Assembly (NCBI GenBank): GCA_029060025.1 | Contig: JAIDUV010000026.1 | Location: 29,260-93,259 of the forward strand | Length of the DNA stretch: 64,000 bases | From: Clostridia bacterium | GTDB lineage: Bacteria; Bacillota; Clostridia; Christensenellales; UBA3700 | Reading direction: 5' to 3' | In this document: one piece after another, positions 53,634 to 62,578 of the stretch | Numbering within the stretch: position 1 is the stretch's first letter | Layout of the letters: every line of letters begins with the position of its first letter | Notes under the pieces: generated by a model | What the model was told of the DNA's origin: nothing | The model's input: the letters and a program-made list of their open reading frames with translations, nothing else | The model's database searches: none | Made by a program: the position numbers and the translations under genes

Positions 53634-54383
53634 TTAATACTTAACTACTTGAGAGAAGTCAACGGCTTTCAAAGAAGCTCCGCCGATAAGACCGCCGTCG
53701 ATTTGTGGCATAGCCATAAGTTCGCTTGCGTTCTTAGGATTCATACTTCCGCCGTATTGAATTCTTACCTTTTCTTCCGCGCACTTTTCGCAATAGAGTT
53801 TTGCCATAGTACTGCGGATAATTGCTATAGTATCGTTGGCGTCTTGAGCGGTAGCAGTCTTACCTGTGCCGATTGCCCATACAGGTTCGTAAGCAATTAC
53901 GATATTCTCAAGGTCTTTCTTATCAACGTCCTTGAAGGCTTCCGTAGTCTGTCTTACCAATACTTCTTCGACAAGTCCGCCCTCTCTCTCTTCCAAGGTT
54001 TCGCCTACGCAAATGATAGGCTTCAAGCCCTTTGCCAAAGCAGTCTTAACTCTAGCGTTGACCGTTTGGTCGGTTTCGCCAAAGTATTGTCTACGCTCGC
54101 TGTGTCCGATGATTACGTATTCTACGCCTAGCTCAACGAGCATATCCGCGCTGATTTCACCGGTGAAAGCGCCTTTTTCTGCCCAGTGTACGTTCTCTGC
54201 GCCAAGTTTAATATTGGTGCCTTTGATAAGTTCTCCGGCAGTTGCGATATCGGTGTAAGGTACGCATACCACTACTTCCGCTTTAGCGTCTGCAACTAGC
54301 GGAATAAGGTCTGTCAAAAGTGCCTTAGTGCCAGCGATTGTATTGTTCATTTTCCAGTTTCCTGCAATTATAGGTTGTCTCAT
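53634..54383 (-). CDS. tpiA: triose-phosphate isomerase
   Basis: IIAGNWKMN, IIGHSERR, AYEPVWAIGTG, GGASLK. Confidence 0.95.
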   Translation of the reverse strand: MRQPIIAGNWKMNNTIAGTKALLTDLIPLVADAKAEVVVCVPYTDIATAGELIKGTNIKLGAENVHWAEKGAFTGEISADMLVELGVEYVIIGHSERRQYFGETDQTVNARVKTALAKGLKPIICVGETLEEREGGLVEEVLVRQTTEAFKDVDKKDLENIVIAYEPVWAIGTGKTATAQDANDTIAIIRSTMAKLYCEKCAEEKVRIQYGGSMNPKNASELMAMPQIDGGLIGGASLKAVDFSQVVKY

Positions 54384-54450
54384 ATATATACCTCGTAAAA
54401 TTATTCAATTTGATTTTTTGTATTTCGATTTTTACTTCGTCTAACGTCGC

Positions 54451-55767
54451 TTATTTCTCATTAAGGCAAGCGATACCCGGGAGAACTTTACCCTCAAAGA
54501 GTTCCAAAGAAGCTCCGCCACCCGTAGATATGTGCGTCATCTTATCTGCAAAGCCAAGTTGAGCAACTGCAGCCGCGCTGTCGCCACCGCCGATGATAGT
54601 CGTTGCGCCATTAGCCTCTGCCATTGCCTTAGCTACCGCTACCGTACCGTTAGCCAAAATCGGGTTCTCGAATACACCCATAGGTCCATTCCAAATTACC
54701 GTCTTAGCGTTCTTAACTTCGTTTGCAAACAATTCTCTAGACTTGCTACCGATATCCAAGCCCATTTTGTCTGCCGGTATCGAGCGAATATCGCACTCGC
54801 TTACTTCGATAGGAGCGTCTATAGGATTTGGGAAAGCACTTGCGATAACCGCGTCTACCGGCAACAATATCTTCTTGCCGAGCGACTTTGCTTTCTCGAG
54901 CATTTGCTTGCAGTAATCGAGTTTCTCGTCGTCTACCAAAGACGTGCCGACCTCGCTACCTTGCGCTTTAGCGAAAGTATAGGACATACCGCCACCGATA
55001 ATAAGAGTATCGCACTTGTTGAGAAGATTGTCGATAACTTTGAGTTTGTCAGCGACTTTTGCTCCGCCGAGAACTGCTACGAACGGATGAACGGGATGCT
55101 CTAAGCTGTCAGCCATAACGCTCAATTCTTTTTCGATAAGGAAACCGCATACTGCGTCTTTTACAAATCCGTACTCAACGATACCTGCCGTCGAAGCGTG
55201 GCTTCTGTGAGCTGTACCGAAAGCGTCGTTGACGTATACTTCTGCGTACTCGCTCAACGCTTTACAGAACGCCTCGTCTCTGCCCTCTTCTTCAGCGTGG
55301 AAACGTAAATTCTCAAGCAATACGCACTCACCGTCTTTCAAAGCCGAAACCTTTGCCTTAGCGTCCTCGCCGATTACGTCCTTTGCGAACGTAACTTTAC
55401 CGCCCAAAAGTTGATTAAGTCTGTCTGCTACCGGCTTAAGCGTCAATTTGATTGGGTCGTTCTTCAAAGCCTTTGCGATTGCATCTTCTTTTGCCTTAGC
55501 TTGCTCTTCTACAGGCAATGCTTCGATAGCTTTCTTTTCCTTTTTAGTCAAGCCTACTTTTTCGCTGAAAATGCTGTGAGGTTTGCCCATGTGGGAGCAA
55601 AGAATAACCTTTGCGCCTTGATCCATAAGATACTTAATTGTCGGCAATGCGCCTTGAATACGGTTCTCGTCCGTGATAACGCCGTCCTTCATAGGCACGT
55701 TGAAGTCTACTCTTACTAGACACTTCTTGCCTTTTACCTGTACGTCTTTGATTGACTTCTTGTTCAT
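54451..55767 (-). CDS. pgk: phosphoglycerate kinase (with an insertion of about 40 aa)
   Basis: [42 protein letters not shown]. 438 aa against my recollection of about 395 aa for typical bacterial Pgk. Confidence 0.95.
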   Translation of the reverse strand: MNKKSIKDVQVKGKKCLVRVDFNVPMKDGVITDENRIQGALPTIKYLMDQGAKVILCSHMGKPHSIFSEKVGLTKKEKKAIEALPVEEQAKAKEDAIAKALKNDPIKLTLKPVADRLNQLLGGKVTFAKDVIGEDAKAKVSALKDGECVLLENLRFHAEEEGRDEAFCKALSEYAEVYVNDAFGTAHRSHASTAGIVEYGFVKDAVCGFLIEKELSVMADSLEHPVHPFVAVLGGAKVADKLKVIDNLLNKCDTLIIGGGMSYTFAKAQGSEVGTSLVDDEKLDYCKQMLEKAKSLGKKILLPVDAVIASAFPNPIDAPIEVSECDIRSIPADKMGLDIGSKSRELFANEVKNAKTVIWNGPMGVFENPILANGTVAVAKAMAEANGATTIIGGGDSAAAVAQLGFADKMTHISTGGGASLELFEGKVLPGIACLNEK

Positions 55768-55851
55768 ATACAGCTCCTTATATATAAATAAATTTTTACA
55801 AAAGCATTATAGCACTCGCCGAATAAATTGTAAAGAATATCCAATGATTTT

Positions 55852-56634
55852 TTATATATCTTTACTTGTCGGCTTTTGGCTTTCGTCACTATTTTTAGCA
55901 GACGAATCTTCGCCGTTATTTTCAACGGTATCGACATTATCTTGCGCAGTCTGCTCTTCCGCAACTCGCTCTTGCTTATTCTTGTTGAGAATCGAACAAT
56001 CAAGACGGCGAAGATGCGCTCTATTGGCGTCGCATACGGCGATAAATTCTCCGTTGTACTCCTCAATGTGCATACTCGCTCCGCACCCCTCTATATCGCA
56101 AGGCGTCTTAATGGTGAGCGCATAAAAAGTATTTCCGGATAACATATACGGGGGTTTGCCGTAACTGATTTTCTTGACTGCGAAATTACTTTTGCACATA
56201 GCCTTGACCATACGCAACTTATAGCCGTTGTCTATTGCGAAAGCTCCGCCCGTCGCGCATAATACGAATACTACGAAAATTAAAACTACTCTAAGCGTAG
56301 AGTTGAATTGCAATCTCCCCAGCAAAAATATAAGTCCGACGCACACGGCTATATCGATTATTGCCAAAGCCAGTTTCACACTCGTGACTTTTTTCATTTT
56401 ATCTTTGTCACACACGGGGGTTGCTTCGACCTCGCCCATATCAAGGTCGCGTATATCCTCCAAGTCTTCGGCTTGAAGACTTGCTTTTGACAGTATATAC
56501 TGTCTTTCTCTCTCTTTGGCTTGTCTGCGTTCAAAGAAAGACATGCGCTTTTTTTCGCTGACGAGTTGAGCTCCGCACTTCTCGCAGAACCTTACGTCAT
56601 CTTCATTTTCATGCTGACAATGAGGACACTGCAT
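55852..56634 (-). CDS. zinc-ribbon membrane protein, unknown function
   Basis: N-terminal CPHCQHENEDDVRFCEKCG ribbon, two TM helices, a Cys-containing C-terminal domain and an acidic tail. I recognise no family. Confidence 0.6.
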   Translation of the reverse strand: MQCPHCQHENEDDVRFCEKCGAQLVSEKKRMSFFERRQAKERERQYILSKASLQAEDLEDIRDLDMGEVEATPVCDKDKMKKVTSVKLALAIIDIAVCVGLIFLLGRLQFNSTLRVVLIFVVFVLCATGGAFAIDNGYKLRMVKAMCKSNFAVKKISYGKPPYMLSGNTFYALTIKTPCDIEGCGASMHIEEYNGEFIAVCDANRAHLRRLDCSILNKNKQERVAEEQTAQDNVDTVENNGEDSSAKNSDESQKPTSKDI

Positions 56635-56637
56635 AGT

Positions 56638-57417
56638 CTAATTTTCTTCCTTAATTTCTTTATCTTTATAGTTTTGATTATTCTCTATCGGCGCTCTTTG
56701 CGCTTCGAGCTTCTTGACTTTGCTTCTGTATATTCCGTATACTGCGCACAGCGTAACGGCTCCTGCAAGTAAGAGATAACTGCCTATATGCGGTTGAATT
56801 TGACCTCTGCCCGCGCTAGCTATACCTACCGCCACGAAGAATAACCATTGCAAAATCGCAATTACGGAAAAGATTATTACAGAGGCGAGGAATAATATGC
56901 CGTCTTGCTTTTTAGATCTCTTTATCACCGTAACCGCAACAAATAGCGCAATAGCAACTAAAAGCAAAATGCACAGGACAAATGCAAAGATATACGCCCT
57001 ATCAAGCATATTAATATCTTCTTGCGTAACTTTCGTTAAAAAGGCGTTGTAAATTATCTCTGAACTCAAATCATTGGAGTCGGCATTAGCTTTGGCGATA
57101 TACTCTATAGAATTGGAATAGCCCTTTGTCATAGCGAAAAGAAAATCAAACGTAGACATGTCTACTCCGATACTCATCGTTTCGTCTTCAGTCACTAGGT
57201 CGCCCAAGAACTCGCTTAACGACCCCGTAAAATTCATACTTAGCAAAGGCAATAGTAAGTAGGAAATCACTATGACGGCTACGACTACTGCAACGGTTAT
57301 ATTCAATTTCTTGTCCCACTTGCCTTTCTCCAAGTCAAGCGCTTGGTTGCGACGCATAATCTCTCTTTGTTGATTGCTCAATACGTCGGGATTTTTCTTC
57401 TTTGACCTCTTTGCCAT
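56638..57417 (-). CDS. polytopic membrane protein, unknown function
   Basis: 259 aa with a basic N-terminus and about four TM helices. Its stop lies 3 nt before the next gene's start. Confidence 0.6.
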   Translation of the reverse strand: MAKRSKKKNPDVLSNQQREIMRRNQALDLEKGKWDKKLNITVAVVVAVIVISYLLLPLLSMNFTGSLSEFLGDLVTEDETMSIGVDMSTFDFLFAMTKGYSNSIEYIAKANADSNDLSSEIIYNAFLTKVTQEDINMLDRAYIFAFVLCILLLVAIALFVAVTVIKRSKKQDGILFLASVIIFSVIAILQWLFFVAVGIASAGRGQIQPHIGSYLLLAGAVTLCAVYGIYRSKVKKLEAQRAPIENNQNYKDKEIKEEN

Positions 57418-57563
57418 ATTTTCTCCTTGCTTTATTAATTAAACAAATATATATTACTATATTTTTCCCCGATTGACAAGGTATGAATAATAATTTGCAA
57501 AAAATATACACTAATTACGGCATACAACACAATTTATATGCTAAAAAACTACAGGAGGAAATT

Positions 57564-57827
57564 ATGATAACTATAATTGCATTGATTTTGGTCACAATTG
57601 GCGCTCTCAACTGGCTTTCGGTAGGAATATTCAATTTTAATATTGTAAACTGGATATTCACGCCCAACGCTTACGTGGGAGCTAGAGTGGTTTATGCGCT
57701 GGTAGGTATCGCAGGCGTATGGCTTATCGCTTATTTGATTTACAATAGATTTTCGCCAAAGCGTATCCATGCCGTAGAAGATATGGCTCATCATAAAAGA
57801 CACGAAGAATATCGCGAAAACAAATAA
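57564..57827 (+). CDS. DUF378 domain membrane protein
   Basis: LVTIGALNWLSVGIFNFNIVNWIF..VYALVGIAGVWLI is the DUF378 signature. Start set to ATG 57564, with AGGAGGA upstream. Confidence 0.8.
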   Translation: MITIIALILVTIGALNWLSVGIFNFNIVNWIFTPNAYVGARVVYALVGIAGVWLIAYLIYNRFSPKRIHAVEDMAHHKRHEEYRENK

Positions 57828-57844
57828 GCCCAATTAAAACAAAA

Positions 57845-57872
57845 GGCGATATACCATAGCGGGTATATCGCC
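57845..57872. terminator. bidirectional terminator between DUF378 (+) and the small protein P1 (-)
   Basis: ggcgatatacc (57845-57855) pairs with ggtatatcgcc (57862-57872), flanked by AAAA and TTTT. Confidence 0.75.
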
Positions 57873-57901
57873 TTTTGAATCTTATCTTTTGTGAATATCG
57901 A

Positions 57902-58111
57902 TCACACTGCTTTTAGACTTAAAATAAATTTTTGTCCGTTGGTGAAATTAAGAGTCAAGCCTTTCTCGTCATTTGTGAAAGTACCCATATAATATTCTTT
58001 GAGTAAAACTTTTATGTCAAGAAACAAGTCCTCTATCTCTACTTTGTATTGTAAATCATTTAATTGCGCATTGAAGATATGTTCACTGCATTTGCTTTGG
58101 TTTTGTATCAT
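57902..58111 (-). CDS. small protein P1 (69 aa), paralog of P2, unknown family
   Basis: RBS AGGAGG. Shares EHIFN..L.Y....ED..LD.KVL.KEYY.GTFTND.K.L.....NGQKF.L with 58396-58602. Confidence 0.7.
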   Translation of the reverse strand: MIQNQSKCSEHIFNAQLNDLQYKVEIEDLFLDIKVLLKEYYMGTFTNDEKGLTLNFTNGQKFILSLKAV

Positions 58112-58330
58112 ATAGTCTGCCTCCTAAAGTGTAATTAATAACCGCGCTAGTTATTTTGCTAAAGTATAACACCGAAATTCAACTTCGCAATGACATATTT
58201 TGTCGAATTTTGTATGATTTTGATTTGTTTTGTCAAAAAGTGATTAATTCTATAGTTTTATCGGGGAAAAAGTAGAGATTTGTTAATAAACGATATATGG
58301 AAGATAAATTTGTCAACTACTTAAAATAAT

Positions 58331-58359
58331 AAAGAGAGCGTAGTCATTCTACGCTCTCT
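58331..58359. terminator. terminator downstream of the small protein P2
   Basis: aagagagcgtag (58331-58342) pairs with ctacgctctctt (58348-58359), a 12-bp stem. T-rich on the minus-strand side. Confidence 0.7.
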
Positions 58360-58395
58360 TATTCTCTTTAGTATATGTCACAAACTGCAATATGG

Positions 58396-58602
58396 TTAAA
58401 TTGCTGTCATATTGAGTAAGAATTTTTGTCCGTTGTTAAGTGTGATTTTAAGCGACTTGCCGTCGTTAGTAAAAGTACCGCAATAATATTCTTTTATTAG
58501 CACTTTCAAATCAAGTAGCATATCTTCAAGACTTAGTTGGTAATCAAGTCTATCAAATTCAGTATTAAAAATATGTTCTGTACTTTCATTAATTTCTTTC
58601 AT
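58396..58602 (-). CDS. small protein P2 (68 aa), paralog of P1, unknown family
   Basis: RBS AAGGAGG. See P1. Divergent from the tandem-HTH gene. Confidence 0.7.
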   Translation of the reverse strand: MKEINESTEHIFNTEFDRLDYQLSLEDMLLDLKVLIKEYYCGTFTNDGKSLKITLNNGQKFLLNMTAI

Positions 58603-58734
58603 TCGTGCACCTCCTTATATTTTTAGCATAGTGGTCGACAATCTATGTAGTTATATTATACCCCGATTTTTGTCCTGTAGCAAGTGATTTATAGTAGCTT
58701 AAGCCATAATTTTTGCATAAGGAGTGACGAATTT

Positions 58735-59202
58735 ATGGATTATTTGTCGAATTTTAGCGAAACGCTGTCAGAACTAATTTTAATTCATAACTTGAACTCT
58801 GAACAGTTAGGAACACAAATTAGCCTCGATAGTTCTACAATTAGAAAATATTTATCAAGAAGGTCATATCCGAAACTTCAGTATGCAATTAAAATAGCAG
58901 ATTACTTTGGCTGTTCTCTAGACTATTTATTCGGCTTGACAAACGATTATAATAAAAAAACGTATTTGCCATGTCCGCCTTTCTACCAAGCCTTTCAAAA
59001 ATCATTAAAATCACATAACCGCACACAGTATCGACTTTATACAGACCTTGGTTTTGATGACCAAAGTGTAAGTGATTGGTATCACGGCAAAGTTATTCCT
59101 GCAATGTATAATCTTATAAGAATTGCAAATTATTTTGGTTGCACGCTCGATGAACTTGTAGGAAGAAAAGCGGAAGAGATTTCTCCACTGCAGTCGAAAT
59201 GA
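58735..59202 (+). CDS. tandem-HTH (2x XRE/HTH_3) transcriptional regulator
   Basis: Two repeats: LSELILIHNLNSEQLGTQISLDSSTIRKYLSRRSYPKLQYAIKIADYFGCSLDYLFG and FQKSLKSHNRTQYRLYTDLGFDDQSVSDWYHGKVIPAMYNLIRIANYFGCTLDELVG. Start ATG 58735 with AAGGAG. Confidence 0.75.
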   Translation: MDYLSNFSETLSELILIHNLNSEQLGTQISLDSSTIRKYLSRRSYPKLQYAIKIADYFGCSLDYLFGLTNDYNKKTYLPCPPFYQAFQKSLKSHNRTQYRLYTDLGFDDQSVSDWYHGKVIPAMYNLIRIANYFGCTLDELVGRKAEEISPLQSK

Positions 59203-59229
59203 CATAAGCAATTATAAAAAATGCGAACG

Positions 59230-59736
59230 TCATATACATATCCCGTGTAATATACTGCCTAATAATAGATGCCTTGTCACCACTTCTTGCATACCCACGC
59301 TCTTATCGTAGACGCATAGTTCGTCTAAGGCTATGCTCATCAAATTGTGTAATTCCAGCAGTCTATACATAGATTGCTTCATTGGCATACGCTTGGCAGG
59401 CAGAAAAATTTCTTGAGTTATGTCGCCTTTTAACGCAATGGCAGTAGTGTTTTTGCCTATAGATTTAATAATAAAGTCGATGACTTGCTTGTTACGAGCA
59501 ACAAAGATTTGGTCGAGCTGTCCTAAAATGGAAAGCATTTCCTTACCGCTCTTGCAAAAGGCAAAGCAGTGCTCAGTCATATATACGGGAAGCGGATAAG
59601 TGCAGAACCTGCTTTCGTTCTTACAACCGCACACCCCTATTGACGCGTATTCTTTTTGCATATTGGCTATTTGCTCATCGTCGGCAATCATAAAGTCGCT
59701 ATCGCTTCCCCAATTATCCTGTCTATCTTCTGCCAT
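59230..59736 (-). CDS. hypothetical Cys-rich protein (168 aa)
   Basis: Start set to ATG 59736, with GGAGGG 4 nt upstream. N-terminal GVCGCKNESRFCTYP..HCFAFC cluster. I recognise no family. Confidence 0.55.
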   Translation of the reverse strand: MAEDRQDNWGSDSDFMIADDEQIANMQKEYASIGVCGCKNESRFCTYPLPVYMTEHCFAFCKSGKEMLSILGQLDQIFVARNKQVIDFIIKSIGKNTTAIALKGDITQEIFLPAKRMPMKQSMYRLLELHNLMSIALDELCVYDKSVGMQEVVTRHLLLGSILHGICI

Positions 59737-59852
59737 AATTCCCTCCGTCAACATATCAGACTGTCACTATTATATTTATTAAAATATTAAAATATTACTA
59801 AATTAGGCGTTGTTAGTTGCAATTTCATAACACTTTGATTATAATAATTAAT

Positions 59853-61511
59853 ATGAATAACAATATATTGTCGCCTACGTCACTGTGGGCAGATTACGAC
59901 GCAAACGCCGTCAAACTCAAAGCTAACTTCTTGAAGTACGAAACCGACGGTAAAAATGTGGTTAATTTTGAGGTGTATCTCAGTTGCGATACCGACACAG
60001 AGACCGATACGCCCCTAATCTACTGTCACGGCAAAATTCCAAAGAACGACTATAAAAACGCTACGATAATTTATATCAACGGCTACGATTCTTTTCTCCA
60101 AGAAGACGTATCAAATATATTTATACCCAGAGGCTACGGCGTAGTCAGCTTTGATTATATGGGCAAGTCTAACAGAGGCAAGTACACAATCTATCCCAAG
60201 TCTTTGGAATTTGCCAATTACGTCAACAGCAAAGGACATCTCAATTCTTACGTGAATTCTCCCAAAGATTCTTGCGTGTATATATGGAGCAAGATGTGCC
60301 GTAACGTAATAACATTTATTAAAAAACTCCTCGGCGAGGACAACAAAATATATCTCCGCTCTTCCATAGAAGGCGGTAACATTCTCTGGCAAGTTGCGGG
60401 AACTGACAAACGAGTGGACGGCATAATTGCCACGAACAATGCCGGCTGGGCAGAATTTAAGGGCTTGTTTAGATTCTCCGACAGCGTAGACGAGTTCGAT
60501 TTCAGAGAAGATAAACTACAATGGATTAGCGCATGTACTCCGCAGGCGTACGCAAAATTCGTCACCTGCCCCGTACTGTACCTTTCTGGCACGAACAGCA
60601 ACTATACCAGCGTGGACAGAGTAGAAAAATCTCTTGAGTTGACTGCTAATAACGGTAATAATAGGGTTTGCCTTTGCGCAAATATCACCAACACAATAGA
60701 CAGCTATGCCAATTCAACTACAGTCTATTGGCTGGATCGCGTCTACAATGACAAGAGTATGCCCAAATCGCCCAAACTCGCCTTTGAAATCAACGAAGGC
60801 AAGGTATTGGCAAAAATGGAATTTGACGACAGCGCAGAGATAGATAAGCTCGTAGTATATTACTCATACAATGAGATTAACAGTGAATTCAGACATTGGG
60901 ACCGCATAATTCTCTCTTCGGGAAATCCCGTAACGGAAATTCCGGCGCGTTATGGAGATACGAAAATATTCGCATTTTCGTCGGTACAGTATAAGGAAGG
61001 TCAATGTTTCTCTTCCCTACCTCAAATGCTTGATTTAGAGAAAGTAAAAGTAACCAGAATCGCGCCAAAGCGTACGCGTATCGTCTATGAAAGAAATCAA
61101 GGTCTTAACGCTTGGGCGGTGGACAATATAACAGGCGCATCATATATGCCTGAACTGAAACTGGGCGCTTACGATATATTCGGCGTAACCGCGCAAAGAG
61201 GTAATCTGTCGACTTATTACATCAGCGATAAGAACTTCGAGAGAAAGGAAACGAGTATTTTGCAGTTTGATTGCTACTGCGAAAAGGATAGAAATCTTAT
61301 CGTTGAACTTTCTGTAGAAACGGACGACTTCTCTTATGAGAGTTATAAGGTCAACGTCAAGATTACAGGCGGTGAATGGCAGAAGATAGCCCTATCTCAT
61401 TCCGACTTCAAGACCAAGGAACTTGTCGCGCTCAAGGATTGGAACCGCGTTAAAAAACTGTCGTTCGTAGATATCAACCACGCGTTGATCAACAACGTAA
61501 TTTGGATTTAA
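59853..61511 (+). CDS. alpha/beta-hydrolase-fold (CE7/AXE1-like) protein with a C-terminal beta-sandwich; possibly non-catalytic
   Basis: By-eye similarity to cephalosporin-C deacetylase/acetyl-xylan esterase blocks (IIYINGYDS.., CPVLYLSG..), but SSIEGG replaces GGSQGG. The start is uncertain because there is no clear RBS. Confidence 0.4.
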   Translation: MNNNILSPTSLWADYDANAVKLKANFLKYETDGKNVVNFEVYLSCDTDTETDTPLIYCHGKIPKNDYKNATIIYINGYDSFLQEDVSNIFIPRGYGVVSFDYMGKSNRGKYTIYPKSLEFANYVNSKGHLNSYVNSPKDSCVYIWSKMCRNVITFIKKLLGEDNKIYLRSSIEGGNILWQVAGTDKRVDGIIATNNAGWAEFKGLFRFSDSVDEFDFREDKLQWISACTPQAYAKFVTCPVLYLSGTNSNYTSVDRVEKSLELTANNGNNRVCLCANITNTIDSYANSTTVYWLDRVYNDKSMPKSPKLAFEINEGKVLAKMEFDDSAEIDKLVVYYSYNEINSEFRHWDRIILSSGNPVTEIPARYGDTKIFAFSSVQYKEGQCFSSLPQMLDLEKVKVTRIAPKRTRIVYERNQGLNAWAVDNITGASYMPELKLGAYDIFGVTAQRGNLSTYYISDKNFERKETSILQFDCYCEKDRNLIVELSVETDDFSYESYKVNVKITGGEWQKIALSHSDFKTKELVALKDWNRVKKLSFVDINHALINNVIWI

Positions 61512-61515
61512 CAAT

Positions 61516-61710
61516 ATGATTAAATTGAGCGAACTAAACCAATTCGACAAAGTGATGACCAAAAAAAATCATCCGTGCGGTAACAACGTCTGGACAATAT
61601 TGCAAAAAGGCGTTGACTTTAAGATTCAATGCGATAAGTGCAATCATACAGTTATTATTTCCGCAGAAAACTTAAAGAAATCCGTCAAATGCGTCTTGGA
61701 GCATAATTAA
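61516..61710 (+). CDS. DUF951 family protein
   Basis: 64 aa. KKNHPCGNNVWTILQKGVDFKIQCDKCNHTVII matches the DUF951 pattern (HPCG...W......D....C..C). Confidence 0.75.
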   Translation: MIKLSELNQFDKVMTKKNHPCGNNVWTILQKGVDFKIQCDKCNHTVIISAENLKKSVKCVLEHN

Positions 61711-62276
61711 TGGAAGAATACTCTTATATCGAAAAGCCTAAAAGACTTAAAAGCGTTGTTGTCATCAACGTCATATTTGCAATTACGGTTGTAACAGCAC
61801 TCGTCGTTGTTATCCTTTTTTCTACGACTTTTATGACGATAGCGGTAGTCGGCAACAGTATGTCCCCCACTCTTAAGAACGGAGATAAACTATTGCTTGT
61901 TAAACACGGTTATAAACTAAATCGCGGAGATATTGTCGTGTTCCAAAGAGAAGACAGCAACAACGTCAAACGTATCTTGGGACTTGAAGGCGATGTAATT
62001 CAATTCGATTTAGATAATATGACTTGGATTGTCAACGGCGAAGTGTACGAAGAAGAATACATAGAAGGTAGTTACAGCGACAACTATTTTTATATGTCAA
62101 AAACGGAAGTTAAAGAGGCTATATTCTCTAAAAAAGGATTAGTCGTTCCGCAAGGACATATGTTTGTGCTGGGTGACAACCGCAATATACAAGAAGGCAA
62201 TGTTTCCATAGATTCGCACGTCTACGGTACTTTGGATACGTCGTCTATAATGGGAAAAGTAATAAAAATTTATTGA
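61710..62276 (+). CDS. lepB: signal peptidase I
   Basis: N-terminal TM helix, catalytic Ser box VGNSMSPTL, Lys box KRILG, and GDNRN..S.DS. Confidence 0.9.
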   Translation: MEEYSYIEKPKRLKSVVVINVIFAITVVTALVVVILFSTTFMTIAVVGNSMSPTLKNGDKLLLVKHGYKLNRGDIVVFQREDSNNVKRILGLEGDVIQFDLDNMTWIVNGEVYEEEYIEGSYSDNYFYMSKTEVKEAIFSKKGLVVPQGHMFVLGDNRNIQEGNVSIDSHVYGTLDTSSIMGKVIKIY

Positions 62277-62285
62277 GGAGATAAA

Positions 62286-62576
62286 ATGAAAGCAATAGTT
62301 TCGGTAATAGGCAAGGACAAAAAAGGCATAATCGCAAAGGTCTCTACGGCTCTTTACGATATGAATATAAATATCGAGGATATTTCCCAAACGATTATGC
62401 AAGACTACTTCACCATGATAATGGCTGTAGATACCGGCGAATGTCCCCTTAAATTCGACGGAATAGTGGACAAGCTCAAAGAACTGGGAGAAAAAACTCA
62501 CTTGGAGATACATATTCAACTGCAGAGTATCTTCGACAGCATGCATAAAATCGACACCGACAAGAAGGGACTTTGA
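62286..62576 (+). CDS. ACT domain protein (UPF0237)
   Basis: [46 protein letters not shown]. Always paired with UPF0210 downstream. Confidence 0.85.
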   Translation: MKAIVSVIGKDKKGIIAKVSTALYDMNINIEDISQTIMQDYFTMIMAVDTGECPLKFDGIVDKLKELGEKTHLEIHIQLQSIFDSMHKIDTDKKGL

Positions 62577-62578
62577 TT

